DNA of 64,000 nt from Promethearchaeota archaeon Loki_b32 (GCA_005223125.1 NJBH01000003.1:128001-192000), one strand, 5' to 3'. Positions 48,924 through 59,292 are shown, counted from the stretch's first letter. A program made the numbers and translations. The notes: a model not told the origin generated them from the sequence alone.

Positions 48924-49970
48924 TTGAATGAAGAAATCCCTATTTGGAGAATTAAGTACCATCCTAAGAATTTAGACCAAATTTGTGGAAGAAAAGAGGT
49001 TAAGGAAACCCTAAAGCACATCATTCAACAAAAAAATTTTCCACATATGTTATTTGTCGGATCGAAAGGTATTGGAAAAACATTAATTGCTCAATTATTT
49101 TCAAAAGAGTTTCTTGATAAAGATTATAATGCAAATTTTAAATTGATTTATGCTAATGTGCCACTAAATGAAGAAGAAAGGAAACAAGCGAGAGCTGATG
49201 CGTATGTTTCTACAAGTAAGATAGGAAGTAGTGCTGGAAGAAGAATAACGACTCCGGCTTTCATTCAAGCACGAGTAAAGCCTTTTGTTCAAGTGAAAGT
49301 TTTAGGAAGTGCCCCTTTTAAAATTTTAATAGTGAAAAATTTTGAAGCATTGGGTCAAAATCAACAAGGCTTTAGGAGATTAATGGAAATATATGGTAGA
49401 AATTGCAGGATGATTTTAATTACTACTAAAATTTCAAGTATAATTAGCCCCATTGTTAGTAGATGTCAAATTGTATTAATTTCTGCTGTAAAGTTGAATC
49501 ATTTTAAAAATTTGATAAACAAAATTGCCGTCCAAGAATCTTTAGAGGTCTCTGATGAGGTTGTTGAAGTTTTATATAAAATTTCTGAAGGAAGAATATC
49601 TCGTGCTATAGATCTATTACAATTGAGCAGCATTTCGGGAAAGAGTATTGATATGGAAAAATTATATGAAAATTCTCAACAATTTAGCAATGATAATATA
49701 AGGAGCCTATTAATGGTAGCTTTTAAAGGAGACTTTCCAAAAGTTCGAGAATTATCGCGCAAAATCATTTCTAGCTATAAGTATGATATTCATGAATTTT
49801 TTAAGTTCATTATTGACGAAATTAATAAATTACCTTTAAGCAAATTTGTCCGGAGTAATTTAATAAATTTCATTGCAGATTCTGATTTCAGAGCACTTGA
49901 AGGGAGAGATATAGATATTCAAATATCTGCTCTGTTATCAAAGATTTGCCTGTTTTCAGAATTTATGTAA
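48924..49970 (+). CDS. Divergent second RFC small subunit (degenerate Walker B)
   Basis: W..KYHP, GSKGIGKT, IVKNFE in place of LDEAD, SRC retained. Confidence 0.82.
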   Translation: MNEEIPIWRIKYHPKNLDQICGRKEVKETLKHIIQQKNFPHMLFVGSKGIGKTLIAQLFSKEFLDKDYNANFKLIYANVPLNEEERKQARADAYVSTSKIGSSAGRRITTPAFIQARVKPFVQVKVLGSAPFKILIVKNFEALGQNQQGFRRLMEIYGRNCRMILITTKISSIISPIVSRCQIVLISAVKLNHFKNLINKIAVQESLEVSDEVVEVLYKISEGRISRAIDLLQLSSISGKSIDMEKLYENSQQFSNDNIRSLLMVAFKGDFPKVRELSRKIISSYKYDIHEFFKFIIDEINKLPLSKFVRSNLINFIADSDFRALEGRDIDIQISALLSKICLFSEFM

Positions 49971-49982
49971 GGAGGTTAAAAT

Positions 49983-51338
49983 TTGTCAAAAGTGAAGACT
50001 GAAATTCCTTGGGTCGAGAAATACCGTCCAAATAGTGTCAAGGAAATGGCTTTACCCACAGCAAGGCTGGGGGGTCAAAGGGTGAGATTAGCTGAAGAAT
50101 TAATGAATTTTATTAAGTTATTTTTTGAAGAACGGAAACGAGTTAATGCAGAAAACAAACAGATTCGAGAGTTTAATAGAACTGTTATTGAAAAAGACCA
50201 AAAAGAAGAAATTAAAATTCCCTCTGAAAAAGCTGCGATTTTGTTAGAGGGTCCTCCGGGGATTGGAAAAACATCAATTGTTTACGCTCTTGCTAATGAC
50301 TTCAATATGGACGTAATAGAAACAAATGCGTCTGATACACGAACAAGAGCTACGATAGAAAGAAGATTAAAGGAGACCACTAAGTCTCGTGGAATTATGG
50401 ATTTTATTACAGAATCTAAAGAGAAGTTAATTCTTATTGATGAAATTGATGGAATATATGGAGTTCAAGATAGAGGGGCAATACCTACTGTAATTGATCT
50501 AGCTCAGAATACACAATTTCCCATTATAATGTGTTCTAATGAATATAAAACAAATTTGCAGCAACTTTATAAAAAAGTTAGAAGATATGAAGTTCACCCA
50601 TTACCCAAACAAGAAGTAATAAAGATTGCTAAAAACATTCTTAAGAAGGAAAAAATCATAAATCTTAAAGAAGAGGATTTAGAATTAATTATTGATAAAA
50701 ATAATGGTGACTTAAGAGGAGTAATTAACGATCTTCAAGGAATTGGCCAAGGTAAGGTCAATGGAGATGTAAAGGAATTAATTCTTAGTTTACGCCGAGA
50801 TAATATAGAAGAAATATTTTCTCTAATAAGAAATTTATTTCAAGTAACCTCTTTAAGAGAAGCCCGCAACCTTATGGATAAATCTGATGTAGATTATAAT
50901 TTCTTATATAAATGGATAAATGAGAATCTTTTAACATTCATAAAATCTAAAAGAGAACTTTCTGTTGCTTTTGAAAATCTTTCAATAGCAGATGAAATCT
51001 TCGGAAGAATTCGTACTAATCAATATTGGGGATTATTACCTTACTTTTTTGACCTTTTTGCGGGAGGTGTTGCTCTATCCAGAAAAGAAACTCCTGCTCC
51101 CAAAGGTTTTCGAAGAGTAGTATTCCCTAGATATACTACTGGTACTTACTTCTCTTTAACGAATGTAGAAAAAGAATTTATTGAGAAAATTAATAGAAAG
51201 TATGAAATTTCACAAGTTGATTTCATTAAAGATTTTCTTCCATTCTTAAAAATCTTATGTGGAACATCAAGAAAACAACTCAAAAGCATAAGTGATTGGT
51301 TAGAATTAGATGCAAAAGAAAAAAAGTTATTGAAATAA
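49983..51338 (+). CDS. rfcL: Replication factor C large subunit
   Basis: PWVEKYRP, GPPGIGKT, ETNASDTR, IDEIDG, GDLRGVINDLQ, WINEN. Confidence 0.92.
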   Translation: MSKVKTEIPWVEKYRPNSVKEMALPTARLGGQRVRLAEELMNFIKLFFEERKRVNAENKQIREFNRTVIEKDQKEEIKIPSEKAAILLEGPPGIGKTSIVYALANDFNMDVIETNASDTRTRATIERRLKETTKSRGIMDFITESKEKLILIDEIDGIYGVQDRGAIPTVIDLAQNTQFPIIMCSNEYKTNLQQLYKKVRRYEVHPLPKQEVIKIAKNILKKEKIINLKEEDLELIIDKNNGDLRGVINDLQGIGQGKVNGDVKELILSLRRDNIEEIFSLIRNLFQVTSLREARNLMDKSDVDYNFLYKWINENLLTFIKSKRELSVAFENLSIADEIFGRIRTNQYWGLLPYFFDLFAGGVALSRKETPAPKGFRRVVFPRYTTGTYFSLTNVEKEFIEKINRKYEISQVDFIKDFLPFLKILCGTSRKQLKSISDWLELDAKEKKLLK

Positions 51339-51725
51339 CCTATAATTATCAAAAAATTATAAAAAAAAATTTAGTTTGCTCGATATTTGGCAAGTTGTTC
51401 TGCATAAATTTTCCAAGCTTCATCATAAAATTATATGCAAATCAGATAGATTTAATAAAAAATTAAACATCTCTCCAAAAATGAGTAGATCAATTAGTTC
51501 ATAAAGTATGATCTAAAAGAATAACAATTATCATATTTAAATGTTTAAAGGTAAAAGCCCTATTAGGTTTATCAGTTTTATAATATAGTCCACATTTTTT
51601 ATTCTTAACATTAACCCACGTTTATTATTCCAAATAGCCTTTTCACTAGAATATTTAAATATTCAAATACACTCTCTAATCCAAGAATTTAAAATAATAA
51701 GTAAATTTTTATTTAAAGGGTAAAA

Positions 51726-52343
51726 ATGACTGATATTGAAGCTGTTAAAGAAGTTGAAACTTTTTTATCTAGAAGTACCCGATTGACCATACAAATAGTG
51801 GGGGCTGCAATTTTTGGTGCATTATCTTTGGTTTTTTCGCTTTATGTAGTACCATATTTACCAAGAACCCCAGAAGGTTTTGCGTTTTTTGATCCTGTAT
51901 CAATTATATGGGTAACATGTTTTCTAATATTTGGTCCTTTAGCAGGAATTTTATGTTCTTTAATTGGAATGGTTGCTCTTTTTCCATTTGATCCATTTAC
52001 TCCAATTGGCCCTCTAATGAAGTTTTCAGCAACATTTTCATTAATTATTGTTCCAATAATATTGTTATACTTGTTTAAAAGACAAAAAGGAGAGAGGTTG
52101 AGTCAAAGATTAAAAGAACCTAAAACGTATATTATATATGGAGCTTTAGGTGTTGCACTTAGAATAATTGTAATGGTAATTTTAAATATTATAGTTTATT
52201 TACATTTCTACGGCTCTGAAGGATTAGAATACTGGATAGTACTAGTAATTTTACTTAATGCTCTAACTAGTGTATGGGATTTATTATTTTCCTACTTACT
52301 TGTATTCACATCTAAACTTGATGAAAAATTCGAAATTTGGTAA
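51726..52343 (+). CDS. ECF transporter S-component-like membrane protein
   Basis: AAIFGALS..., FDPVSI......FGP..G, about 6 TM. Confidence 0.7.
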   Translation: MTDIEAVKEVETFLSRSTRLTIQIVGAAIFGALSLVFSLYVVPYLPRTPEGFAFFDPVSIIWVTCFLIFGPLAGILCSLIGMVALFPFDPFTPIGPLMKFSATFSLIIVPIILLYLFKRQKGERLSQRLKEPKTYIIYGALGVALRIIVMVILNIIVYLHFYGSEGLEYWIVLVILLNALTSVWDLLFSYLLVFTSKLDEKFEIW

Positions 52344-52394
52344 TTTCTTTATTATTAATCAATTTTTTTCTTCTTTAAACTCATTCCAAAAAGA

Positions 52395-52507
52395 AATCAA
52401 AAAATCGTGCACAATGAAAATGAAAACTAAAAAAAAGGCAATTATTCGGAGCCAATCGATATCATAACGTCTTTCATACTTAACTGTACTTTCAATTAAA
52501 TTTCCAT
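52395..52507 (-). pseudogene. Decayed N-terminus of an acyltransferase-3 (OpgC-like) gene
   Basis: ERRYDIDWLRIIAFFLVFI, then (frameshift) FHCARFFD. The ATG is one base out of frame. Confidence 0.65.
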
Positions 52508-52664
52508 TATTTTTTGATTTCAATAAGTTCACTTCTCATAGATCCTTAAACTAGGACTATTATGACAAAATCATTTATATACTTTTAATTAATACATCAT
52601 TGGATTATATTATATTTTTCAAACCAATTTTAAAATTAAAAAAGAATAGGAGGGGAATTTTACT

Positions 52665-53462
52665 ATTTTAGAAAAGGAATTTAAATATATTTTGTATAAA
52701 AATGAAAATGGAATAGGAAATATTATACTTAATCGCCCAGCAAAACTAAATGCCTTGCAATATCCATTATTAATGGAAATTGTGAACGTTTTGGAATCTT
52801 TTAAAAAAGATAAAACAGTTCGGGTAATTGTAATCGAAGGAAATGGTAAAGATTTCTGTTCCGGTGACGATTTGGAAAGCATGGGACCAGAGGGCGTTAA
52901 ATCTGCTCCATTAGAAGATGGTTCAAAGATGCCTCATCATAGGGTTGTAAAACTAATAAGAGAAATAGAAAAGCCAGTTATAGCTTTATTGCATGGATAT
53001 TGCCTAGGAGCAGGATTTGATATTGCCCTTGCTTGTGATTTTAGATTAGCAGCAGATAATTTGAAAATTGGGGACCATCGTACTACAAGAGCTCATTGTG
53101 TCTTAAGCGGGGCAAGTTGGTTTCTTCCAAGAATTGTTGGTTTTGGAAGAGCAACAGAAATAATCTTAAGTGGCAGACATCTTGATGCAAAGGAAGCTCT
53201 AGATATTGGTTTGGTAAATCAAGTATACCCCTTTGAAAAATACAAGCAAAAATCATTGGAATTTATAGAAAAAATAGTTAATATGCCAACAAAATGCCTC
53301 GGTTATAATAAAGCTATGCTAAACTTCTCACAATATAATGAATTATTTCCATCATTACAAAATGAGTTTAGATTATATTGTAAAAATATAAGAACTAAAG
53401 ATTTCGGAGAAGGAATGAAATCATTTATGAAAAAGAGAGATCCTAAATTCATTGGAAGGTAA
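52665..53462 (+). CDS. Enoyl-CoA hydratase/isomerase, probable ATT start
   Basis: LNRPAKLNAL, FCSGDDL, HGYCLGAG. SD GGAGGGG sits 9 nt before ATT 52665. Confidence 0.88.
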   Translation: MLEKEFKYILYKNENGIGNIILNRPAKLNALQYPLLMEIVNVLESFKKDKTVRVIVIEGNGKDFCSGDDLESMGPEGVKSAPLEDGSKMPHHRVVKLIREIEKPVIALLHGYCLGAGFDIALACDFRLAADNLKIGDHRTTRAHCVLSGASWFLPRIVGFGRATEIILSGRHLDAKEALDIGLVNQVYPFEKYKQKSLEFIEKIVNMPTKCLGYNKAMLNFSQYNELFPSLQNEFRLYCKNIRTKDFGEGMKSFMKKRDPKFIGR

Positions 53463-53547
53463 ATATTCAGTAATTTATATTGTTAAACCATAGTATTTTT
53501 CTAAAAATACTATTCAAATTTAAAATTTAAGATTAATTTTCAAGGAT

Positions 53548-54810
53548 ATGGAACTTACAAAAGAGATTCAAAAATTTCTTCTTAATGATGCATTAGAGCG
53601 TTTTTTACGGTATGTGAAAATTTGGACTACCTCCGATGAGAGTGCAGAATCGGTTCCATCTACAAAAGTCCAATTAGATCTAGGAAAAGTGTTAGTCGAG
53701 GAATTGAAAGAATTGAACCTTGATAATATTGTTCTAGATGAATATGGATTTGTTTATGCATATCTCCCTCCAAGTAAGGGTTTTGAAAACGTACAATCTT
53801 TTGGTTTATTAGCTCATATAGATACATCCCCCGCAGTAAGTGGAAAGGATGTAAAACCTGTTATCCATCGAAATTATGATGGAAAAAATATAAAATTTGC
53901 TCAAGATAAAGATTTAATTTTGACTTTTGAAGATTCTCCTAATTTAGAAGAATATATAGGGCTAGATATTATTACATCTGAGGGAGATACTTTATTGGGA
54001 GCAGATGATAAAGCAGGTATTGCAGAAATTATGGCTGCTTGTAATGCCTGGAGAAAATTCGATAAGTTAAAACACGGTCCAATATATATTTGTTTTACTC
54101 CTGATGAAGAAATTGGACTAGGAATTGATAAAGTTGATAAAAATAAAATCCCTGAAATATGTTATACAGTAGATGGCGGTGAAATGGGTGAAATGGAATT
54201 CGAATGTTTTGATGCATGGTTAGCTCAATTTAAATTTAAAGGTTTAAGTGTTCATCCTGGCCACGCAAAAAATAAGATGATTAATGCAATTCAAATTGCG
54301 AGTCGGTATTTTAGTGAACTACCAGAATCTGAAGCACCAGAAAGCACAGAGGAAAGGGAAGGATATTTTCATTTAGCTAAAATGCAGGGTGGTGCAGAGG
54401 AAGCGACAGCAAGAATGATAATACGAGACTTTATTTTAAAAAATAACCAAAGACGTATGGATTACATAAAAAGTTTAAAACAAACATATGAGATTCGTTA
54501 TCCTGGGTTAAAAATTGAAATAGATTTCAAGTATCAGTATCAAAATATGGTTAAATATATTGAGAAAAAACCAATTGTTGTTGACTTAGTTAAACAAGCA
54601 ATGGAAAAGGTTGGATTAGAAGTTAAAACTCACCCAATAAGAGGAGGTACAGATGGAGCCCGATTAAGTGTTGCAGGAATTCCAACACCAAATATTTTTA
54701 CAGGAGGTCAATTATTTCATTCTAGAAAAGAATATATACCCACTTTAGCATTACAAAAATCAGCTGAAGTTCTATTATATTTAGCCCATTTATGGACACA
54801 GCAAAAATAG
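53548..54810 (+). CDS. pepT: Peptidase T
   Basis: AHIDT, LLGADDKAG, FTPDEEIG, PIRGGTDG. Confidence 0.95.
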   Translation: MELTKEIQKFLLNDALERFLRYVKIWTTSDESAESVPSTKVQLDLGKVLVEELKELNLDNIVLDEYGFVYAYLPPSKGFENVQSFGLLAHIDTSPAVSGKDVKPVIHRNYDGKNIKFAQDKDLILTFEDSPNLEEYIGLDIITSEGDTLLGADDKAGIAEIMAACNAWRKFDKLKHGPIYICFTPDEEIGLGIDKVDKNKIPEICYTVDGGEMGEMEFECFDAWLAQFKFKGLSVHPGHAKNKMINAIQIASRYFSELPESEAPESTEEREGYFHLAKMQGGAEEATARMIIRDFILKNNQRRMDYIKSLKQTYEIRYPGLKIEIDFKYQYQNMVKYIEKKPIVVDLVKQAMEKVGLEVKTHPIRGGTDGARLSVAGIPTPNIFTGGQLFHSRKEYIPTLALQKSAEVLLYLAHLWTQQK

Positions 54811-54824
54811 AGTTTATAAACAGG

Positions 54825-55622
54825 TTACATCTTATTTAATCTTCCTATCGTAGCTAAAGCAATATCTCCTTCAAGATTTACGCAATCTTTATAACGTTCA
54901 TCTCTCCAAGATATATTCCAACCATCAAGAGGGTTATAATAACTATAAAAGATTGCACCAAATTTAGTATTAGTTTGATTACATATTGTTGCTAAAACAT
55001 TAAATTCTCCATTTTCCATTGAGATACAGCCCTTCTTTTGTAATTCATCGATTTCTTGTTTATTTATCCGATAGAATGCTTCTTTACTATAATTTTTACC
55101 AACATGGTAGTTGTTTGTTCTTTTCTCTGTTTCTGCTGTGAGAGTTTCTACAACTTCTTTATTTACTTCAATTTCTTCATTTAACTCTCTACCATAATGT
55201 ATCGTTGTTCCATCTGGTCCTAAACCATGTGTAGGTATAATATAATCAAGTAATTTTACTTTCTCTCCAATCCCCCACGAACCACAAACAAGAAGAATCA
55301 CTTTTGCTCCACAAAATATTAAATCTTCTGCAATTGAAGCCATAGGTGAAGCCCCCATTTGTGGTAATATTACTGTAATTGATATATCTTTATACTTACC
55401 TCGATGGATTTTTTCACCGCCATATGGGTGAAATGGTAATAACCATTCTGATTCTTCTAAATTGGCTTTTTCCTTTAAATAAGTTAATAAACCTCCAGAA
55501 AAAATAATCATAACATTAGGATCTATCTGAAAGTCCTTCAGTTTTTTATTAGAAGCTTTCATTGCAGCTTGAATTACATCTTTAGAAGTAAGACACAAAT
55601 TATCTTTCATAGCCTTTAACAC
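54825..55622 (-). CDS. Nucleoside phosphorylase family protein
   Basis: MGA......EDL...G......GSWG, DGTT.HY, SMENGE. Confidence 0.7.
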   Translation of the reverse strand: MLKAMKDNLCLTSKDVIQAAMKASNKKLKDFQIDPNVMIIFSGGLLTYLKEKANLEESEWLLPFHPYGGEKIHRGKYKDISITVILPQMGASPMASIAEDLIFCGAKVILLVCGSWGIGEKVKLLDYIIPTHGLGPDGTTIHYGRELNEEIEVNKEVVETLTAETEKRTNNYHVGKNYSKEAFYRINKQEIDELQKKGCISMENGEFNVLATICNQTNTKFGAIFYSYYNPLDGWNISWRDERYKDCVNLEGDIALATIGRLNKM

Positions 55623-55692
55623 CTTTTACAACCAATTTTCCAAGCTATTTAATTGTTTAGGTAATCTCTGGAATAATTTGTAATAAACAAAA

Positions 55693-56943
55693 TCAATTCT
55701 TTTTCTGGAGAATTTTAGAAAAATCAGTGAAAGCAAACACAATTATACAAATAAATAATAAAATTGAGACATAAATAAATGCCCAAGTATATGAAAAGAA
55801 ATCGTAAATTAATCCAAAAATAAGAGATTCTGCCATAGAGATAAGTCCTACAGAGAGGTAATAATAACCATAAGCCCTACCTCTTTTATTTTTTCCTGCT
55901 AAATCGGCGATATAAGCTCTTGAAATTGGGTCAACAGAAGACATGTAGAAACCATATAATATGTAAATTATAATAATTAATATCAATGAAAATGATGATG
56001 TTTCAACAGGGAATATCAAGATAAGGCAAGAAAATAGTAACATGGATAAACCGATAATAATTACAGGCTTGCGTCCGATTTTATCTGAAACTGTTCCTGT
56101 AATTGGTGAAAAAAACATATAAACGACATTACTAAGGAGATAAAGCAGCGGTATTAAGAAAATTAATGGCCCGATATAATCATTGGATCTAATAATAAGA
56201 AATGATACATCTAAGCTGGCAAACTCTATTACTCCTAAAATGATAATTAATTTTATAAATTTTTTGTCGATTTCATCTATTTTTGGTATTCCATAATACT
56301 TTAGCTTTTTTTCATCCAATTTTGTTGGATCAATATCTTTCACCATTAAAATAAAAAAAATAGCACAGAACCCTGGAAATATAGAAAAAAAGATTATTTG
56401 TGAGTATGTCCATGCCCAAATTAAGAATAGAGATGCTAAGAGGGAGCCAACAACAGCCCCAAAAGTATCCATCGCACGGTGCATTCCAAAAGCTTTTCCT
56501 GTCTTAATAGCATGATAAGAAATTAATGTATCTCTAGAAGAAGTTCTTAACCCTTTACCAATGCGATCAGTAGCTTTTAATCCTAATATATACTGCCAAG
56601 AAGGACTAAAACCAATAAAAGGCTTTGAAAGATTAGAGATAGAATATCCTGCAACGACAAATGGCTTTCTTTTGTTTATTTTATCACTTAACCACCCTGA
56701 AAAACCTTTCAAAATATTTGAGAGTGCCGTAGTAACTCCAGAAATTAATCCTAAAATGAACACTGTTCCACCAATAGAAATAATAAATAAAGGTAAAATA
56801 GCTTGGATCATCTCTGAAGAAACATCAGTAAAAAATGAAACAATGCCCATAATGAAGATAGGTACTGAGACCCCTAAAATCATTTTCTTTTTTTGAGTAT
56901 CTTTTTCATTTGAATCGTCATTTTTAGGCTTTGACATTTTCAA
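55693..56943 (-). CDS. MFS transporter
   Basis: SFFTDVSSEMI, GWLSDKINKRK, DRIGKGLR, GMHRAMDT. Confidence 0.9.
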   Translation of the reverse strand: MKMSKPKNDDSNEKDTQKKKMILGVSVPIFIMGIVSFFTDVSSEMIQAILPLFIISIGGTVFILGLISGVTTALSNILKGFSGWLSDKINKRKPFVVAGYSISNLSKPFIGFSPSWQYILGLKATDRIGKGLRTSSRDTLISYHAIKTGKAFGMHRAMDTFGAVVGSLLASLFLIWAWTYSQIIFFSIFPGFCAIFFILMVKDIDPTKLDEKKLKYYGIPKIDEIDKKFIKLIIILGVIEFASLDVSFLIIRSNDYIGPLIFLIPLLYLLSNVVYMFFSPITGTVSDKIGRKPVIIIGLSMLLFSCLILIFPVETSSFSLILIIIIYILYGFYMSSVDPISRAYIADLAGKNKRGRAYGYYYLSVGLISMAESLIFGLIYDFFSYTWAFIYVSILLFICIIVFAFTDFSKILQKKN

Positions 56944-56976
56944 TCAATCTTTTTTATCATTAATGAATTTGTTTAA

Positions 56977-57004
56977 TATCGATTACCGATATCGGTTTTC
57001 GATA
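56977..57004. promoter_or_regulatory. 28-bp palindromic operator between divergent MFS and PadR genes
   Basis: TATCGA-TT-ACCGATATCGGT-TT-TCGATA. Confidence 0.7.
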
Positions 57005-57066
57005 ATATTAAATTTGAATAATAACTTATTAATATTATTGAATTTCAAATTTTTCTATAAAAAAAA

Positions 57067-57390
57067 ATGAGTCCACAAATCAAATCAATAAATCCTTTAA
57101 GAAGATTTCAAAAAAGCTCCATTTTAATACATATTTTATATCACGCTAGTAAGGAACCATTTTATGGTTCATGGTTAAAAAATGAGCTAAATATAAATGA
57201 TTATAATATTTCAGATGGAACTTTATATCCATGGTTAAATAGATTAACATCTTCTGGTTTTTTATCTTTGGAAAAACGAAATGTTGAAGGAAAAATTAGA
57301 AAATATTATTCTATTACAGAAATGGGCAAAACTCATTTTGAGAAAATTAAAGAATATCTTAAAGAACTATATAATGAAGTTATTGAGTAG
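57067..57390 (+). CDS. PadR-family transcriptional regulator
   Basis: YG....EL......SDGTLYP.L.RL...G......RKYYSITE.G. Confidence 0.9.
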   Translation: MSPQIKSINPLRRFQKSSILIHILYHASKEPFYGSWLKNELNINDYNISDGTLYPWLNRLTSSGFLSLEKRNVEGKIRKYYSITEMGKTHFEKIKEYLKELYNEVIE

Positions 57391-57495
57391 TGTGAAGAAG
57401 AGAAGAAATTTTGATTCTTAATTTAGATTTTTTTTTATATAAGTTTATAATTAGACAATGAATTTTTATTCATACCGAATTAAAAAATAACAATT

Positions 57496-58188
57496 GTGAT
57501 TCCAATGTCAAATGAAGATAAAACATTGAATGTTATTGACGAAACTATTCAAGCAGCTGAAGCCAGTTTCAAGGATTTTATAGAAGTTCTGGAAACTTCT
57601 AGAACAGCATTAATTAATCTTGAAACAGATAAAGTAGAGTTAAGTAATGAAAAAGAAAAACTTGAACTAGAAAAAAATCAATTAGAAGAAGCAAAAAATA
57701 AATTGGAAAGTGAAAAGAAGTTATTAGAAACAGACAAGAAAAAATTAGAAGAGGAAACAAAGAAACTTGAATTGGAAAAAGAAGAAAGAGATCAAAAAAT
57801 CGGCTCTTTAACAGAAGAACAAATGAAATTATTAGATGAGTACCAAAAAGTTAAGGTCGAATTAGAAAAGTTTATGAAGGTAGCTGAAGAAGCTGGAGAA
57901 GCTGAATATAATTTTGAGAGAGTTCGTGCTTTATTATCAATTTATAGTGTTTTAGTGTCAGAAATTTGGCAAGGACAGCCCCATTATCGAATCTTAATGA
58001 CACTTCACGGTGAGAAGGAGGAAATGACGAGAGAGCAAATAAAAACCACAACTGGAATTGGAGGTGCTTTTGTATTGCATTCAGTTCAAGAATTAGCCAA
58101 AGTCGGATTAGTAGAATATGATATGGACACTAGTACAGTGAAATTAATAAAACGCTTATTTCCAAAAAAAGCTTTAAAACAAAAATAA
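57496..58188 (+). CDS. Coiled-coil protein with C-terminal winged-helix-like domain
   Basis: Heptad LE.EK..LE repeats, then RIL..LH.....TREQI...TGI....V...V.ELAK.GLVEY. Confidence 0.7.
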   Translation: MIPMSNEDKTLNVIDETIQAAEASFKDFIEVLETSRTALINLETDKVELSNEKEKLELEKNQLEEAKNKLESEKKLLETDKKKLEEETKKLELEKEERDQKIGSLTEEQMKLLDEYQKVKVELEKFMKVAEEAGEAEYNFERVRALLSIYSVLVSEIWQGQPHYRILMTLHGEKEEMTREQIKTTTGIGGAFVLHSVQELAKVGLVEYDMDTSTVKLIKRLFPKKALKQK

Positions 58189-58218
58189 ATAAAAAGTTAC
58201 TTAGTCAAACTATTTTTT

Positions 58219-59265
58219 TTATTTAGTGATAACCATTTCATGAAGGGTACTTCCCTTTTCTAGATATGATTTTCCATCATATTTTATTTTGAGGGTAAAG
58301 TCAGAATTTAATCGAAAATAGCCTGGTTTTAATTTTAAGATGTTTTTTGCTAAGAAACGAGTTATGGGCCCTAATTCATAAAGTAAGTTATCAGCGTCAA
58401 TAATCTCTTGAACTTCGAGAATAAATTCATGTTGGTTATTAATATTAAACTTTAAAACTTTTGGATACTTATTTCCGGCTTTTTCATTATATTCAAAATT
58501 CTCTTGAATTAATTCGTATTCACCAGTACTGAGAATTACATTTTCATTTTTCGCAAGCATTAGAACTTGGATTGGGTAATTATCCATTCTTTTATTGCAT
58601 TTAATATAAGCAAAAATAACGGTAAAATTATCAGAGTATATCCTACCCCAATACCAATAGTCTATTATCAAGGCAAAATTAAAATCTAACCAATTATGAT
58701 CATGATATCCTATTCCCTTCACTTGCATTGTTTGGTTATCAACCTTAATAGTTCCTTCAACATCTGCTCGAGGAAGAGCTATGCACCACCCAAAATAATT
58801 TGATTTGCCAAATTCAATATGTCCGTTTCCAGGCTTCCAACCATGAACTAAGGCATTATATTTTAAATGAAGCCCATATTCACCTTCATCTAAGAAAATC
58901 TCATAGTTTGGTAATTCTTTGTTAGAATAATCAACTTTTATATAGTTTTTTCCAATTTGCACATCTGGAAAATCTTGAGAAGCTATAAAATCAGAATGAA
59001 GATAATCAATTACTTTCTGTATTTTTTCTCCATTGGGTTTATAGATCGTAATTTCTACACCAGTTTTGCCAGTTCGTTCATGTTTTGCACGAAAAAATCC
59101 TACTACTGTATATCCATTATCAAGACGTGCGTCAAAATACCACCATTCTCTAGTACCTTTCTTTTTCATATCGATGTGTAACGCATCATCTTTTGGTTGG
59201 ATTGGTTTAATTTCGCCATCTTTTCGACCTGGCCCTAACCAGGCTTCCTTAATTTTAGTACTCAT
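58219..59265 (-). CDS. AttH/CrtC-like lipocalin-fold protein
   Basis: EWWYFDA, G.GYHDHNW, WYWGR, YP. Confidence 0.75.
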   Translation of the reverse strand: MSTKIKEAWLGPGRKDGEIKPIQPKDDALHIDMKKKGTREWWYFDARLDNGYTVVGFFRAKHERTGKTGVEITIYKPNGEKIQKVIDYLHSDFIASQDFPDVQIGKNYIKVDYSNKELPNYEIFLDEGEYGLHLKYNALVHGWKPGNGHIEFGKSNYFGWCIALPRADVEGTIKVDNQTMQVKGIGYHDHNWLDFNFALIIDYWYWGRIYSDNFTVIFAYIKCNKRMDNYPIQVLMLAKNENVILSTGEYELIQENFEYNEKAGNKYPKVLKFNINNQHEFILEVQEIIDADNLLYELGPITRFLAKNILKLKPGYFRLNSDFTLKIKYDGKSYLEKGSTLHEMVITK

Positions 59266-59292
59266 AATAATATTTCTTTCATTTCTTAATAA

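Noticed and set aside
51371-51445. Minus-strand peptide FAYNFMMKAWKIYAEQLAKYRAN*
   Set aside because: Possibly another gene stub, but too short to assign.
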